64,000 bases of DNA from Eledone cirrhosa (lineage: Eukaryota). The stretch spans positions 69,130,001-69,194,000 of the forward strand of contig OZ024741.1 of the NCBI GenBank assembly GCA_964016885.1. The letters are read 5' to 3'. A program made the translations under genes and the position numbers. Shown piece after piece: positions 25,212 to 36,674 of this stretch. Within the stretch, counting starts at the first letter, position 1; each line of letters starts with the position of its first letter. Below the pieces are notes generated by a model that ran no database searches, was not told the DNA's origin, and worked only from the letters and a program-made list of their open reading frames with translations.

Positions 25212-25828
25212 TTAAACTAAAATAGAATAAGTATGATATAAAAATTGTTAGGCCACTTTATTGATTTTCAATCATCATCAACACAGTGGTTTTATTGTAT
25301 GTTTTCACTCTCTTGGTGACGTGTTCAGACCTGGAATTAGGATGATGGGTTCTGACAGGCTTAAACTGTCCATGACACACTGTATGTCAGTACAGCACTC
25401 CTACGATTCCACCAATAACTACAACTCCATACAAACATCAGTAAGACCTAACATTCTCAAACCTGATCTCACAACTTCTTCCTACATCTACCATTCATCT
25501 ATCATAAATTCATAAGGCATCTTCACTTAGCATGTATCTTCATTTATTTTTAAATTCCATGTTCATACCAGCATAACTGTCTTTCTGTCCATATCAGCCA
25601 ATATCTTTTGACATCTAGAGACTTCCTCAATTAACATGCACCCAGTTTTTCTTATGCAGCAGTAAAGATAACCTATTTGCAGATTTTGCAGCTATTATCA
25701 ATGATAACTAAAAAAAAAGTATAGTAAAAAATATAACTTGTGTATATATATATATACATGTCTCTGTGTGTGCATATGTGTATATGTATATGCATATAAT
25801 TATATATGTGTATGCATATAATTATATA

Positions 25829-25859
<31 letters not shown>

Positions 25860-26149
25860 GTTTATCTGAGTGTCACTGGCCTGCCAAACTGAGAATGTCT
25901 AAGGGTTATGTCACATTAGATTACAACAGTTAATCTTCCTCAACATCTCATCATAGCATCTTTAAAAAATTATTGGTTAATGCAGTCTCAGATACAGTTA
26001 TCATCATCATCAGCTGCAGCAGTGTCGTCATCATCACCATCAACTGTGTCGTCATCATCACCATCAACTGTAGCAGTGGCATCATTGTCACCACTACCAC
26101 TATCATCATCCGTTCACGTCAGTTTTTCGATGATGGTGGGAATTAAACA

Positions 26150-26530
26150 AGCCTTTTCCAGCACTGCTTGTCACCATTTATTGTGATTCCTTGATCCTGA
26201 GACCAGCACACACCACTTTAGCCTGGGTCTTTCATTTTCTTTGTCTGTAACATCCTTTCAATTAGATAGCTTGGCACTTCTATTCCCAACTTTCATGCCC
26301 ATCACATGTCCACGCCAGCTCAATCTTCCTTCTTGCATACTACATCTGATTCCTCTTATACTTAGTTTTTCTCTGTGTTCTGTCATTCATAGCTTCATTT
26401 TTTCCAGCCGTTTGTACTTTCTCACTCAATGCCTGTATTCATATACAAGCTCCATGTAAGCTGCCTCTTCACCGAAAGGAAACACCTTTGTCCTCAGCAG
26501 ATATCTCTGTTTTGGCTATTTTGCTTTTGG
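26150..26530 (-). pseudogene. Decayed RTE-clade LINE fragment
   Basis: The minus strand reads REKLSIRGIRCSMQEGRLSWRGHVMGM and is similar to 52308-52625. Confidence 0.6.
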
Positions 26531-27519
26531 AGTATTCTCCAGAGTATTTTGAAAAATTGAAAGAATTTATTTCATGGGTGTTCTTACTGGTAACACCTTC
26601 TGCTCATCTACTAAATATAAAATGGTGGTAGTGGCGGCAGGGCTGGATATAGAGCTTGGAGTGCCCCTCATACACAAAAAATTAGAATACACCGCAAAAC
26701 CTGAATTTTACATATAAAAGTAGGCTTGGCGCAAGTAATTGGAATTGAAAAGTGATAAAAATCTAACCATCCTCATTTTACATCCACTTTCCACACTGGC
26801 ATTTGCTGGATGGGTTGTCACAGTCCAAGACCAGACATCTGATGAATTTTGACACAGTAAGGACATTAAATACTTTTTTGTTAAAAAGATAGTTATATCA
26901 TTGCCAAAGGGATAAAACTAAAAAGCTCAGCAGAGGACACAAATAAATTGCTACGGCCATTGAAGGTGGAGCCCAGAGCATCACCCCCCCATTGGTGGTG
27001 AGGGTGATGGTGATTGTGATGATGTGATGATGATGGTGGTGGTGGTGAGAGCTGTGGTGATGGTAAAGATGGCAATAGCAATTGTAAGTGTACATAGGAT
27101 TGAGTGGAAAACATGATTACTAGCTAGTTATTGTAAGCATTATTGAGAGTGTATGAGGAGGTAGAAGGTGGAGTAGAGAGAGAGAGTAAAGCAGAGCAAA
27201 TTAAAAGAACTATGACATCAAAATTTCTTATTTTTTGTGATTTTGGTCTTTTTTTAAAATTTATTTATTTGGTTTTTTTTTTTTTAACAGCCATGTTTGA
27301 AATGTTCATTCTCAGATCAAACTAATCTTTCAATTAGAAAAGGTAAAACAAAACAAAACAAATATGACTGCAGAGAAGAGGTGTACCAGGGTGGATGGTA
27401 CAGGTGGTATGAGTAAAAGTGGCAGTGGAATGAGCCAGTGGTTGTAATTAGTGGTTAAAGGATTAAGGATGGTGAGGGAGGCTAGCAGTGACTGTTGGCA
27501 GTTGGTACTGATGTTAATA

Positions 27520-27725
27520 GTACTGGTTATTGTGGTAGTAGTTGTAGTGGTAATAGTAGTGGTGGTGGTAGTAGTAGTAGAGGTAATAGTAGTGGTGGTG
27601 CTAGTGGTTGTAGAGGTAGTAGTTGTAGTGGTGGTGGTGGTAGTAGTGGTAATGGTGGTGGTAGTTGTAGTAGTGGTGGTAGTAGTTGTAGTAGTCGTAG
27701 TAGTAGGGGTTGTAGTGGTGGTGGC
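27520..27725. repeat. (GTN)n trinucleotide repeat
   Basis: Seen directly. Confidence 0.9.
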
Positions 27726-28458
27726 AGGAGGAAGAGGAGGACAGTGATACTGGAGATGACAACTGAGGGTAGGGTGGTGGCTGCAGCATATTTATTTTTC
27801 TTTCTTAAGAAATGGAAATTTTCATTCAATTACACTGCATTTTAGTAATTGAAAAAATAGTAATTTTGATTATGGGGCGGGCATGACTTGAATAGAGGTG
27901 AAAATGGGGGTGGGTGGGTGGGTGAAAGGAAGGACATGTAGCCAAGAGTAGGGATAACTGAAGAATAAGAAACTGAAGTGGAAGGAAAGAGAAAGAAAGA
28001 ATGAAATAATGAAAGAAAGCAGTCAAGATAGAATGAAGGAAAAGCAAAAAGTGTGGATAAATAGAGAGAGAGAGATGAGGAAAAATAGAAGAGAGAGAGA
28101 GAGAGAGAGAGAGGGGGAGAAATGTGGACAAATAGAGAGTGAGAGAGATGTGGACATAGAGAGAGGGAGAGATACAGGATGATGTGTAACAAAGAAAGGA
28201 CTTGTTCATTTGAAAAAAGACATTTTTTTTCTTTCTTTAAAGAAAAATACTAAAGAAGTGAATAGAAAAGAGAAACAAGGTGTATTAAAAATAACAACAC
28301 CTGATCTCACAAAACACCAGAATCTTTGGCAGAAGCCACTACAACATGTTATACACTCCAGTCACATATATTATTACTTCTTGCTGCAGAGGAGAGAGAA
28401 ATATTGTAAGTCAATCTCACAAAAATACAAGAGAAAAAAAAATTCAGTTTCCTACACT

Positions 28459-29486
28459 TGAGGCTCATCAGGCTAGTGTGGCTCATCAGGCTAGTGTGGC
28501 CCATCAGGCTAGTGAGGCCCGTCAGGCTAGTGTGGCTCATCAGGCTAGTGTGGCTCATCAGGCTAGTGTGGCTCATCAGGCTAGTGTGGCTCATCAGGCT
28601 AGTGAGGCCCGTCAGGCTAGTGTGGCTCATCAGGCTAGTGTGGCCCATCAGGCTAGTGTGGCCCATCAGGCTAGTGAGGCCCGTCAGGCTAGTGTGGCCC
28701 ATCAGGCTAGTGAGGCTCATCATGCTAGTGAGGCTCATCAGGCTAGTGAGGCCCGTCAGGCTAGTGTGGCCCATCAGGCTAGTGAGGCTCATCAGGCTAG
28801 TGAGGCTCATCAGGCTAGTGAGGCTCATCAGGCTAGTGTGGCCCATCAGGCTAGTGTGGCCCATCAGGCTAGTGTGGCCCATCAGGCTAGTGTGGCCCAT
28901 CAGGCTAGTGAGGCTCATCAGGCTAGTGAGGCCCATCAGGCTAGTGTGGCCCATCAGGCTAGTGTGGCCCATCAGGCTAGTGTGGCCCATCAGGCTAGTG
29001 TGGCCCATCAGGCTAGTGAGGCCCATTAGGCTAGTGAGGCCCATTAGGCTAGTGAGGCCCATTAGGCTAGTGAGGCCCATCAGGCTAGGGAGGCTCATCA
29101 GGCTAGGGAGGCCCATCAGGCTAGTGAGGCCCATCAGGCTAGTGTGGCCCATCAGGCTAGTGAGGCTCATCAGGCTAGTGAGGCCCATCAGGCTAGTGAG
29201 GCCCATCAGGCTAGTGAGGCCCATCAGGCTAGTGAGGCCCATCAGGCTAGTGAGGCCCATCAGGCTAGTGAGGCCCATCAGGCTAGTGAGGCCCATCAGG
29301 CTAGTGTGGCCCATCAGGCTAGTGAGGCCCATCAGGCTAGTGTGGCCCATCAGGCTAGTGTGGCCCATCAGGCTAGTGAGGCCCATCAGGCTAGTGAGGC
29401 CCATCAGGCTAGTGAGGCCCATCATGCTAGTGAGGCCCATCAGGCTAGTGAGGCCCATCAGGCTAGTGTGGCCCATCAGGCTAGTG
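28459..29486. repeat. 18-bp minisatellite (catcaggctagtgWggcY), about 57 copies, SINE-tail derived
   Basis: 1028 bp with an 18-bp period. The last unit runs into 'cttatcctgatttccttggc' of the SINE seen at 7466-7690. Confidence 0.95.
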
Positions 29487-29507
29487 CTTATCCTGATTTC
29501 CTTGGCA

Positions 29508-29917
29508 TTGGATTGGCAGTATCGGTAGCGGATCGGACGCCATGCTTTGCGGCAAAGAGTTACGGCCCTTTATGGTCTGAGTTCAAATCTCGCCTAGGTT
29601 AACTTTGCCTTTCATCCTTACGGGGTCGATGAAATAAAGTACCAGTAATGCACTGGGATAATTGCTGGCCTTGTGCCAAAAGTAGAAATAATTATTAAGC
29701 GGTGGATTGGCAGTTTCGGTAGAGTGTCAGATACCATACTTGGCGTCATAGTTATGGCCCTTTATGTTCTGAGTTCAAATCCCGCCCAGGTTAGCTTTGC
29801 TTTTCATCCTTATGGGGTTCATAAAATAAAGTACCAGTAATGCACTGGCATCAATTTAATCAACTTTCCCCTCTCCCAAAATTGCTGGCCTTGTGCCTAT
29901 AATTGAAATGATTATTA
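29508..29917 (+). mobile_element. Two head-to-tail SINE group 1 copies nested in a group 2 SINE
   Basis: The host SINE resumes at ~29917 ('aagccactgagagtacaagacttcccc'). Confidence 0.85.
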
Positions 29918-30189
29918 AGCCACTGAGAGTACAAGACTTCCCCCTAACCACTAGTCCATGGGCCTTCACAAAACACCCTCCTTATATTGTCTTGGTACCT
30001 ATTTCTGAGGTGGTGAATTGGCAGAGTTGTTAGGGTAATCAGATTAAAAATGTCTTTGTATTTGTTCCAATCACTGGTTCCTGGGGTCAAGATAGGAATG
30101 TTCATGCCATGGCCCTTGGAGTATTGATAAGATACTGCTTTATCCTATCACCACCACACAAGCAGACACGATAAGAAGAAGAACTGGGT

Positions 30190-31045
30190 CCTGAGTTCAA
30201 ATTGTGCTGAGGTCAACTTTGCCTTTTACCCTTTCAATGTCGATAGAGTATTAACCCAGTATTGAATTCAAATTGTGCTGAGGTCAACTTTGCCTTTTAC
30301 CCTTTCAAGGTCAATAGAGTATTAACCCAGTATTGAATTCAAATTGTGCTGAGGTCAACTTTACCTTTTACTCTTTCAAGGTCAATAGAGTATTAACCCA
30401 GTATTGAATTCAAATTGTGCTGAGGTCAACTTTACCTTTTACTCTTTCAAGGTCGATAGAGTATTAACCCAGTATTGAATTCAAATTGTGCTGAGGTCAA
30501 CTTTACCTTTTACCCTTTCAAGGTCAATAGAGTATTAACCCAGTATTGAATTCAAATTGTGCTGAGGTCAACTTTACCTTTTACCCTTTCAAGGTCAATA
30601 GAGTATTAACCCAGTGTTGAATTCAAATTGTGCTGAGGTCAACTTTACCTTTTACTCTTTCAAGGTCAATAGAGTATTAACCCAGTATTGAATTCAAATT
30701 GTGCTGAGGTCAACTTTACCTTTTACTCTTTCAAGGTCGATAGAGTATTAACCCAGTATTGAATTCAAATTGTGCTGAGGTCAACTTTACCTTTTACCCT
30801 TTCAAGGTCAATAGAGTATTAACCCAGTATTGAATTCAAATTGTGCTGAGGTCAACTTTACCTTTTACTCTTTCAAGGTCAATAGAGTATTAACCCAGTA
30901 TTGAATTCAAATTGTGCTGAGGTCAACTTTGCCTTTTACCCTTTCAAGGTCAATAGAGTATTAACCCAGTATTGAATTCAAATTGTGCTGAGGTCAACTT
31001 TACCTTTTACTCTTTCAAGGTCGATAGAGTATTAACCCAGTATTG
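30190..31045 (+). repeat. 71-bp tandem repeat, about 12 copies, derived from the SINE group 1 B box and core
   Basis: The unit is gaattcaaattgtgctgaggtcaacttt(a/g)ccttttac(c/t)ctttcaaggtc(a/g)atagagtattaacccagtatt. The period was measured from 30261 to 30332. Confidence 0.95.
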
Positions 31046-31056
31046 GAGTTGATTAT

Positions 31057-31325
31057 TTCTCTATCTCCCTTCATCCCTTTTTCTCTATCTCCCTTCATCC
31101 CTTTTTCTCTATCTCCCTTCATCCCTTTTTCTCTATCTTCCTTCATCCCTTTTTCTCTATCTTCCTTCATCCCTTTTTCTCTATCTTCCTTCATCCTTTT
31201 TTCTCTATCTTCCTTCATCCCTTTTTCTCTATCTTCCTTCATCCCTTTTTCTCTATCTTCCTTCATCCTTTTTTCTCTATCTTCCTTCATCCCTTTTTCT
31301 CTATCTTCCTTCATCCTTTTTTTCT
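31057..31325. repeat. 24-bp tandem repeat (ttctctatcttccttcatcccttt), about 11 copies
   Basis: Seen directly. It explains the (MKEDREKG)n ORF. Confidence 0.95.
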
Positions 31326-32126
31326 CTTTCTGTAGAAGAAATCGGTTATGTTCAAACCTGGAGAGAGATGGGCTCTGCCAGGTTTAAAATGCCCAAGACA
31401 TGCTCTATCTCAGTAAGGTGTCCCTACAACTCCTTTGGGAGTTAAGGGGAAAACAAAAACAAAAAACCCTATTTCTGAGGTGTTTAAAACTATGTATTAG
31501 AGAGAGAGAGAGAGACTACTACTACTACTACTACTATTACTACGACGACGAAACTCAATTGAGAATACCAAGAGGTGCAATAATAACAGACATCCAATCC
31601 AACTAGATTAGGAAATAATGCACTAGTGTACTTGGAATGGTAAACTAAGTACTCTAGGAGCCACTTTACAGTAGTACTAGTTTACTGAGAGCAGAGATAA
31701 TGAGAAGAGGTGCTGTCTAATTTGGGGAAACCTAAAAACACACACACACACACCCACACCCACACCACACCACACCACACCCACACCACACCACACCACA
31801 CCACACCACACCACACCACACACGATCATGTATATGTGTGTTTAGGAGGAAAAAGGTTAAAGAAATGAACAGAGAAGAAAAGGACTAAAGAAAAAGAAGG
31901 GGAAAAAGCTGAGTAAACAAAGCAAAACATAACAGTGGTATATCAAAAGTATAATCTGAATTAGGTAGAGTAATCCACGAGAGAGGAAGAGGGATAGAAT
32001 AAGATCCTCTACCTAAATATAGAAAGTAAAGGAGTAAAATTAGTGTGGGAAGAAATAATAATATAAAATAAGAGAAAAATAACCCATCAGTATATACATT
32101 ACATGTAATTTGAGATTGTATGTATA

Positions 32127-32172
<46 letters not shown>

Positions 32173-32293
32173 TGTCCCCCAAAAATATATACATACTTCA
32201 ACAGCATTCTAATAAATATTGCCTGTACAGGTAATCAAAGTGTGAATACATTTTTTGGCACACCTTGTATATATATATATATATATATATATA

Positions 32294-32458
32294 TACCATA
32301 TTTCTCTGGCGTTGAAGACGCTACTTTTTCCCTAAAATAAGTTTCAAAAATCTACCATGTATCCTGGAGGCCGAAGGTTGTTTATCTTTTTTCAAATTTT
32401 TGGTTGTCAAAATTAGGGTGTGTCCTCGAGGATGAAGCGTCTTCGGCACTGGGAAATA
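32294..32458. mobile_element. pogo-type MITE
   Basis: The ends 'taccatatttctctggcgttgaagacg' / 'cgtcttcggcactgggaaatatata' resemble TACCGTATTT-type TIRs. Confidence 0.55.
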
Positions 32459-32484
32459 TATAAATAAATAAATGAAGTTTAATT

Positions 32485-32562
32485 TAGAAATGACTTCTAC
32501 AGGACTAGAACTGATGATTTCTTTTGAATGAAACAGTTCTAGTCCTGTAGAAGCCATTTCTA
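32485..32562 (+). ncRNA. Fold-back repeat enclosing a minimal hammerhead-like core (family H3)
   Basis: 29-bp arms with 1 mismatch enclose CTGATGA-tttc-tttt-gaat-GAAAC-A-GTT-ctagtcc. Related pieces lie at 8461-8498 (GAAAC-A-GTA) and 34214-34270 (GAAAC-A-GTC). Confidence 0.5.
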
Positions 32563-33971
32563 TATTTACACTCTACTAATGTATTGGGTACCTTACTAAC
32601 TGTGGTTACCTCCAATTGAACTCTGGTCTCTCTCTCTCTCTCACATATATAAACACACAAACACACACTTGGGTCTCGAATAATGCCCCCCCCCCCTGCT
32701 TATTAATTTTTCAGATTTTTTCCACCACCCATTCCCCTGGCGAAATTTCATTTTAAGTGGTAGCATTCCTGCAACAATTAACTTTCTTTAGACATTAAAA
32801 AGACAGTATACATGACAAAAAAAGTACATTACTAGAAATTCTACATGTTATAAAATAAATAGGATGGGTTAGGGTCTCAATATGTAAACTAAATGACTAA
32901 TTCTGGTTTTTAAAAAAAGAAATCAACAGAAACAACCTAGAAAAATTACTGATTTTCCAACATCCCTCCATTATTTGGGACATGAGAGTGTGTATGTATG
33001 TACGCGCACGCACGAGCGACCCAGGGCCCAGATTTAATGTCAGAGTGGGAATGGATGAGGCTAACATTCCTAGACAAGGTGGTGTAAATGAAATCTCCAT
33101 TATGTTATGAAGTAAATAGAAATGGGTTGCAGGTGTCCAAAATATTTAATATCCAAACAAACGTTCTTTGCGGCCTGTTTTTTTTCTTCCTTTTTTAATA
33201 ATTTGTAACATATTTCACAAGTAATAACATCATGGAAGAGTTATTTTAGCCATTTAAAAATGACATAATTATTATTGAATTGATTTTATATTTTACATTT
33301 ATTTCAAAATAAATTATGGCTTAAATGAATTTAAACAGTGCGTGTGTGTCTGTTTGTGGTGTATGTGTCTTGTATAAATCTTTTTTTTTTTTTTTTCAAT
33401 AAAAGCATAATAGCATGAGGTTTTAGTTATACATATATTAATTTGCTATTTTAACCCTTTAGCATTTACATGACTCTATATTTACTATTATGTTTTCATG
33501 ATAAATTCGATATTATGTGAGATTCAGCCTTTACTGTGAAAATACAATAGTAAATATAGAGTAATGTAAATGCTAACGGGTTAAACTTCACTTTACAAAG
33601 TCATTTCACTTCCGGTTATGGTTCATTTCAGAAGACTTCAGCAAAAGAATTGGTGTTAACAAGAAATGGTTGAAAGATGTCAGTTTTTAATATATCCACA
33701 ACACAGAGTTGTTGATTGGCAAAATCACTAGAGCATTGGAAAACTGCTTTGCAGCTTTTGATTGAACTCTTTAAAACAGCTGAAGAGTCCTCCTGAATGT
33801 TTGTTTAGCAAGTTTTCTATCATCAACCACTTTACAGACCATACTGAATGTTTACCATGTAAATATATACCAACCAATTTATAAAGTGCATTGGGTGCAT
33901 TTTATGGCCAAACACCAGAGAGATTTTCCTGTTCCTGCCATGATTCTAATGCTTACCTCTCTGGCGTGCGC

Positions 33972-34014
<43 letters not shown>

Positions 34015-34022
34015 TGGTTGAC

Positions 34023-34200
34023 AGCTGAGAGAAAAGAGTACTCAATACAGAAGTAGAGTTTTGATATTCATTTTAAGGTTAAATAGTGAGTTTTGTTACT
34101 CTGGAGTTTCGCCTGTTTATCACCTGCCTGATCCCCCTGTGATAAACAAGTGAAACTCCAGAGTAACAAGACTCGCTATTTAGCTTTAATAAAATGAAGG
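34023..34200. mobile_element. Fold-back copy of PLE-like family H2
   Basis: Arms of ~50 bp (34075-34123 / 34139-34187). The right arm reads ctgatcc...GAAAC-TCCAGA-GTA-acaagactc. Confidence 0.6.
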
Positions 34201-34409
34201 AATATATATTTAATGTAGATGATTTCCTTCGAACGAAACAGTCTTAGCCCTGTAGAAGATATTTCTATATTAAATATTTATACTCTGTGTATTGAGCACC
34301 TTACTGTGATAACCCCCCGATTGAACCTGGGATACGCACTCACGCGCACACGCACGCGCACACGCACACGCGCACGCACGCGCACACACACCCACACACG
34401 CACACACAC

Positions 34410-34785
34410 CTTAGTGGTTAGAGCATTGGGCTTGCAGTCGAAAGGTTGTGAGGTCAATAATTGGACCGGATGATGTTGTTTCCTTGAGCAAGACACTTTA
34501 TTTCACATTGCACCAGTTTACTCAGCTGTAGAAATGAGATGATAGGACTGGGGTCCCTATCATTCCACTGCAAAGTGGACGTGTAGGTCCCACGGAAAAA
34601 AAGCACCCAGCACTTACTGTAAATGAGGTTGGTATTAGGAAGGGCATCCAGCTGTAGAAACCAAGCCAGAATCAGTTCCTGTATGAGCAAGGCATGGTCA
34701 GCTGACCGGACACTGCACACAACAGGACAACCCGTCTAACCCATGCTAGCGTGGAAGAACGGATGTAAAACGGTGATGATGATAT
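34410..34785 (+). mobile_element. SINE group 2, young subfamily with 'aggaagggcatccagctgtagaaa' segment and (GAT)n tail
   Basis: Highly similar to 51662-51990 and 61923-62252. Confidence 0.9.
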
Positions 34786-36396
34786 ATATAGCATTCTCAT
34801 TCATACATACCTACGCACTCATACATACATATATTTGTTGATAAAACTTATAAATTATCATAGCACTAGGAATGTTTGAAGTTTGAAAACATGAGGGCCC
34901 CAAGTGTAGAAAATATCTGTAATAAGTCAATTACTATAAATAATAGTTGAGAAAATTGGATAAATTCCTCTTAGACTCTTATTATAGTTTGGGACTCTCA
35001 CTTTCCAAATATGTGTGTGTGTGTGTGTGTATATTTAATTATGAATTTTTCTGAAAGGTTCCAAATAAACTATCAGGAGACTCTAGAAAGAAGATATGAG
35101 CTTATTTTTCTATTCAGAAGTAATCATTAGTTTATTTATTTTGATGTCATTAAGTGTTATTTTAAGAAACTAGCTTTTGAAAATTGGGTCACTAATTAGA
35201 TATAACACAGTAGTTGAGAAATTTATGCTTCCTCAAGAAACTTTCTTTTAGTTTTCTATTTGTCTACTTTTCTTTTTCTTTTGCAAATTCTTCAAGACTT
35301 TAAACATTTTTAACCCATTAGCATCTAAACCAGCCTTATCCAACCAGAATTATCTTGCCTCTTTCTGTCCAAACTGGCCATAACTGGCTGCTCATACTTA
35401 TGTTAAGGTATTGTTCTCAAAATAAATAACACATCAAAATCTCGTAGATTCAATATTATGTGAGATAAAGTGTTTACTGTGAAAATGCAATAGTATATAT
35501 AGTGTAATGTAAATGCTAAAAGGTTAAAGATATTTTTCTCCATTATGGAATGCCTTAACTTTGCCAGGAGTTGAAACTGGTTGATAGTATCAGCAATGGA
35601 AACATTGTTTCTTTGGTCTGATTTGACAAGCTCCACCCCACTTGGTAAGCAAATGAGGTCTGAGATCTTGTTGATCAATTCCTTAACTCTCATGATTCGA
35701 ACCTGCCTGAAACTATCTCCAGTTTTAGACACAAAACTTGTTTAATCCTTTACATTACTCTCTATATACTACTGTATCTCATATAATATCGAATCTATGA
35801 GATTTTGGTATTATTTATTTTGAGAACAATATGTTAACATTAGTATAAGGGGCCAGTTATGGCTGGTTTGAACAGAAAGAGGTGAGAGAATTCTGGCCGG
35901 ATACAACTGCTTTAAATGCCAAAGGGTTTATATATATTAAAACCTGCCATAATTTTATGCAAGAAGCTTTTCCCAACAGCTTTTGCTAAACATTACTAAA
36001 TTGTTCTAAATTATTGATTATTTTCATAATTAATTGAAAGATATAGAGTGTATTTCATTAAAATATGGCAACAAAATGGTTAAATTAAATATGAATAGAA
36101 GATAAAATAATTTGTTTCTATGTTTAGCACAAGGCCAGCAATTTGAAGGGAAAGGGAAAGTCGATTAAATCAACTCCAGTGTGTTACTGGTACTTTATTT
36201 TATTGACCCTGTAAGAATGAAAGGCAAAGCTAGAAAATAAAATAATAGACTTGCGAAATATGAAGATAGGGCTTTAGGCACAGGTTAACCCTTTCATACC
36301 ATATTTCTTATGTAATATACTGACTGTGCTTTCAAATTAATTTCAAATTATAAAACTTTGGTGGGGTTTAGTAAATGTAAGTAAATTGGCATTTGG

Positions 36397-36674
36397 ATCA
36401 TCATCACCACCACCACCACCACTACCATCATCATCATCACCATCATCACCACTACCATCATCACCATCACCATCATCACCACTACCATCATCACCATCAT
36501 CACCATCATCACCACAACCATCATCATCACCACCACCACCACCACCACTACCACCATCATCACCATTACCATCATCACCACTACCATCATCACCACTACC
36601 ATCATCACCACTACCATCATCACCATCACCATCATCACCACAACCATCATCATCACCACAACCATCATCATCAT
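36397..36674. repeat. (CAY)n trinucleotide repeat, the expanded tail of a minus-strand SINE
   Basis: Seen directly and followed by 'ttttccatgcttgcacgggttagacg'. It explains the poly-His and poly-Pro/Ser ORFs. Confidence 0.9.

Noticed and set aside
28346-29602. Long ORFs (AHQASE/V)n, (MGLTSL)n and (RPIRLV)n
   Set aside because: An 18-bp unit keeps several frames open on both strands. The unit is SINE-derived and the AHQAS frame is interrupted by stops.
30190-31045. CRISPR-like regularity
   Set aside because: Units are contiguous near-identical repeats with no unique spacers, no cas genes and a eukaryotic context.
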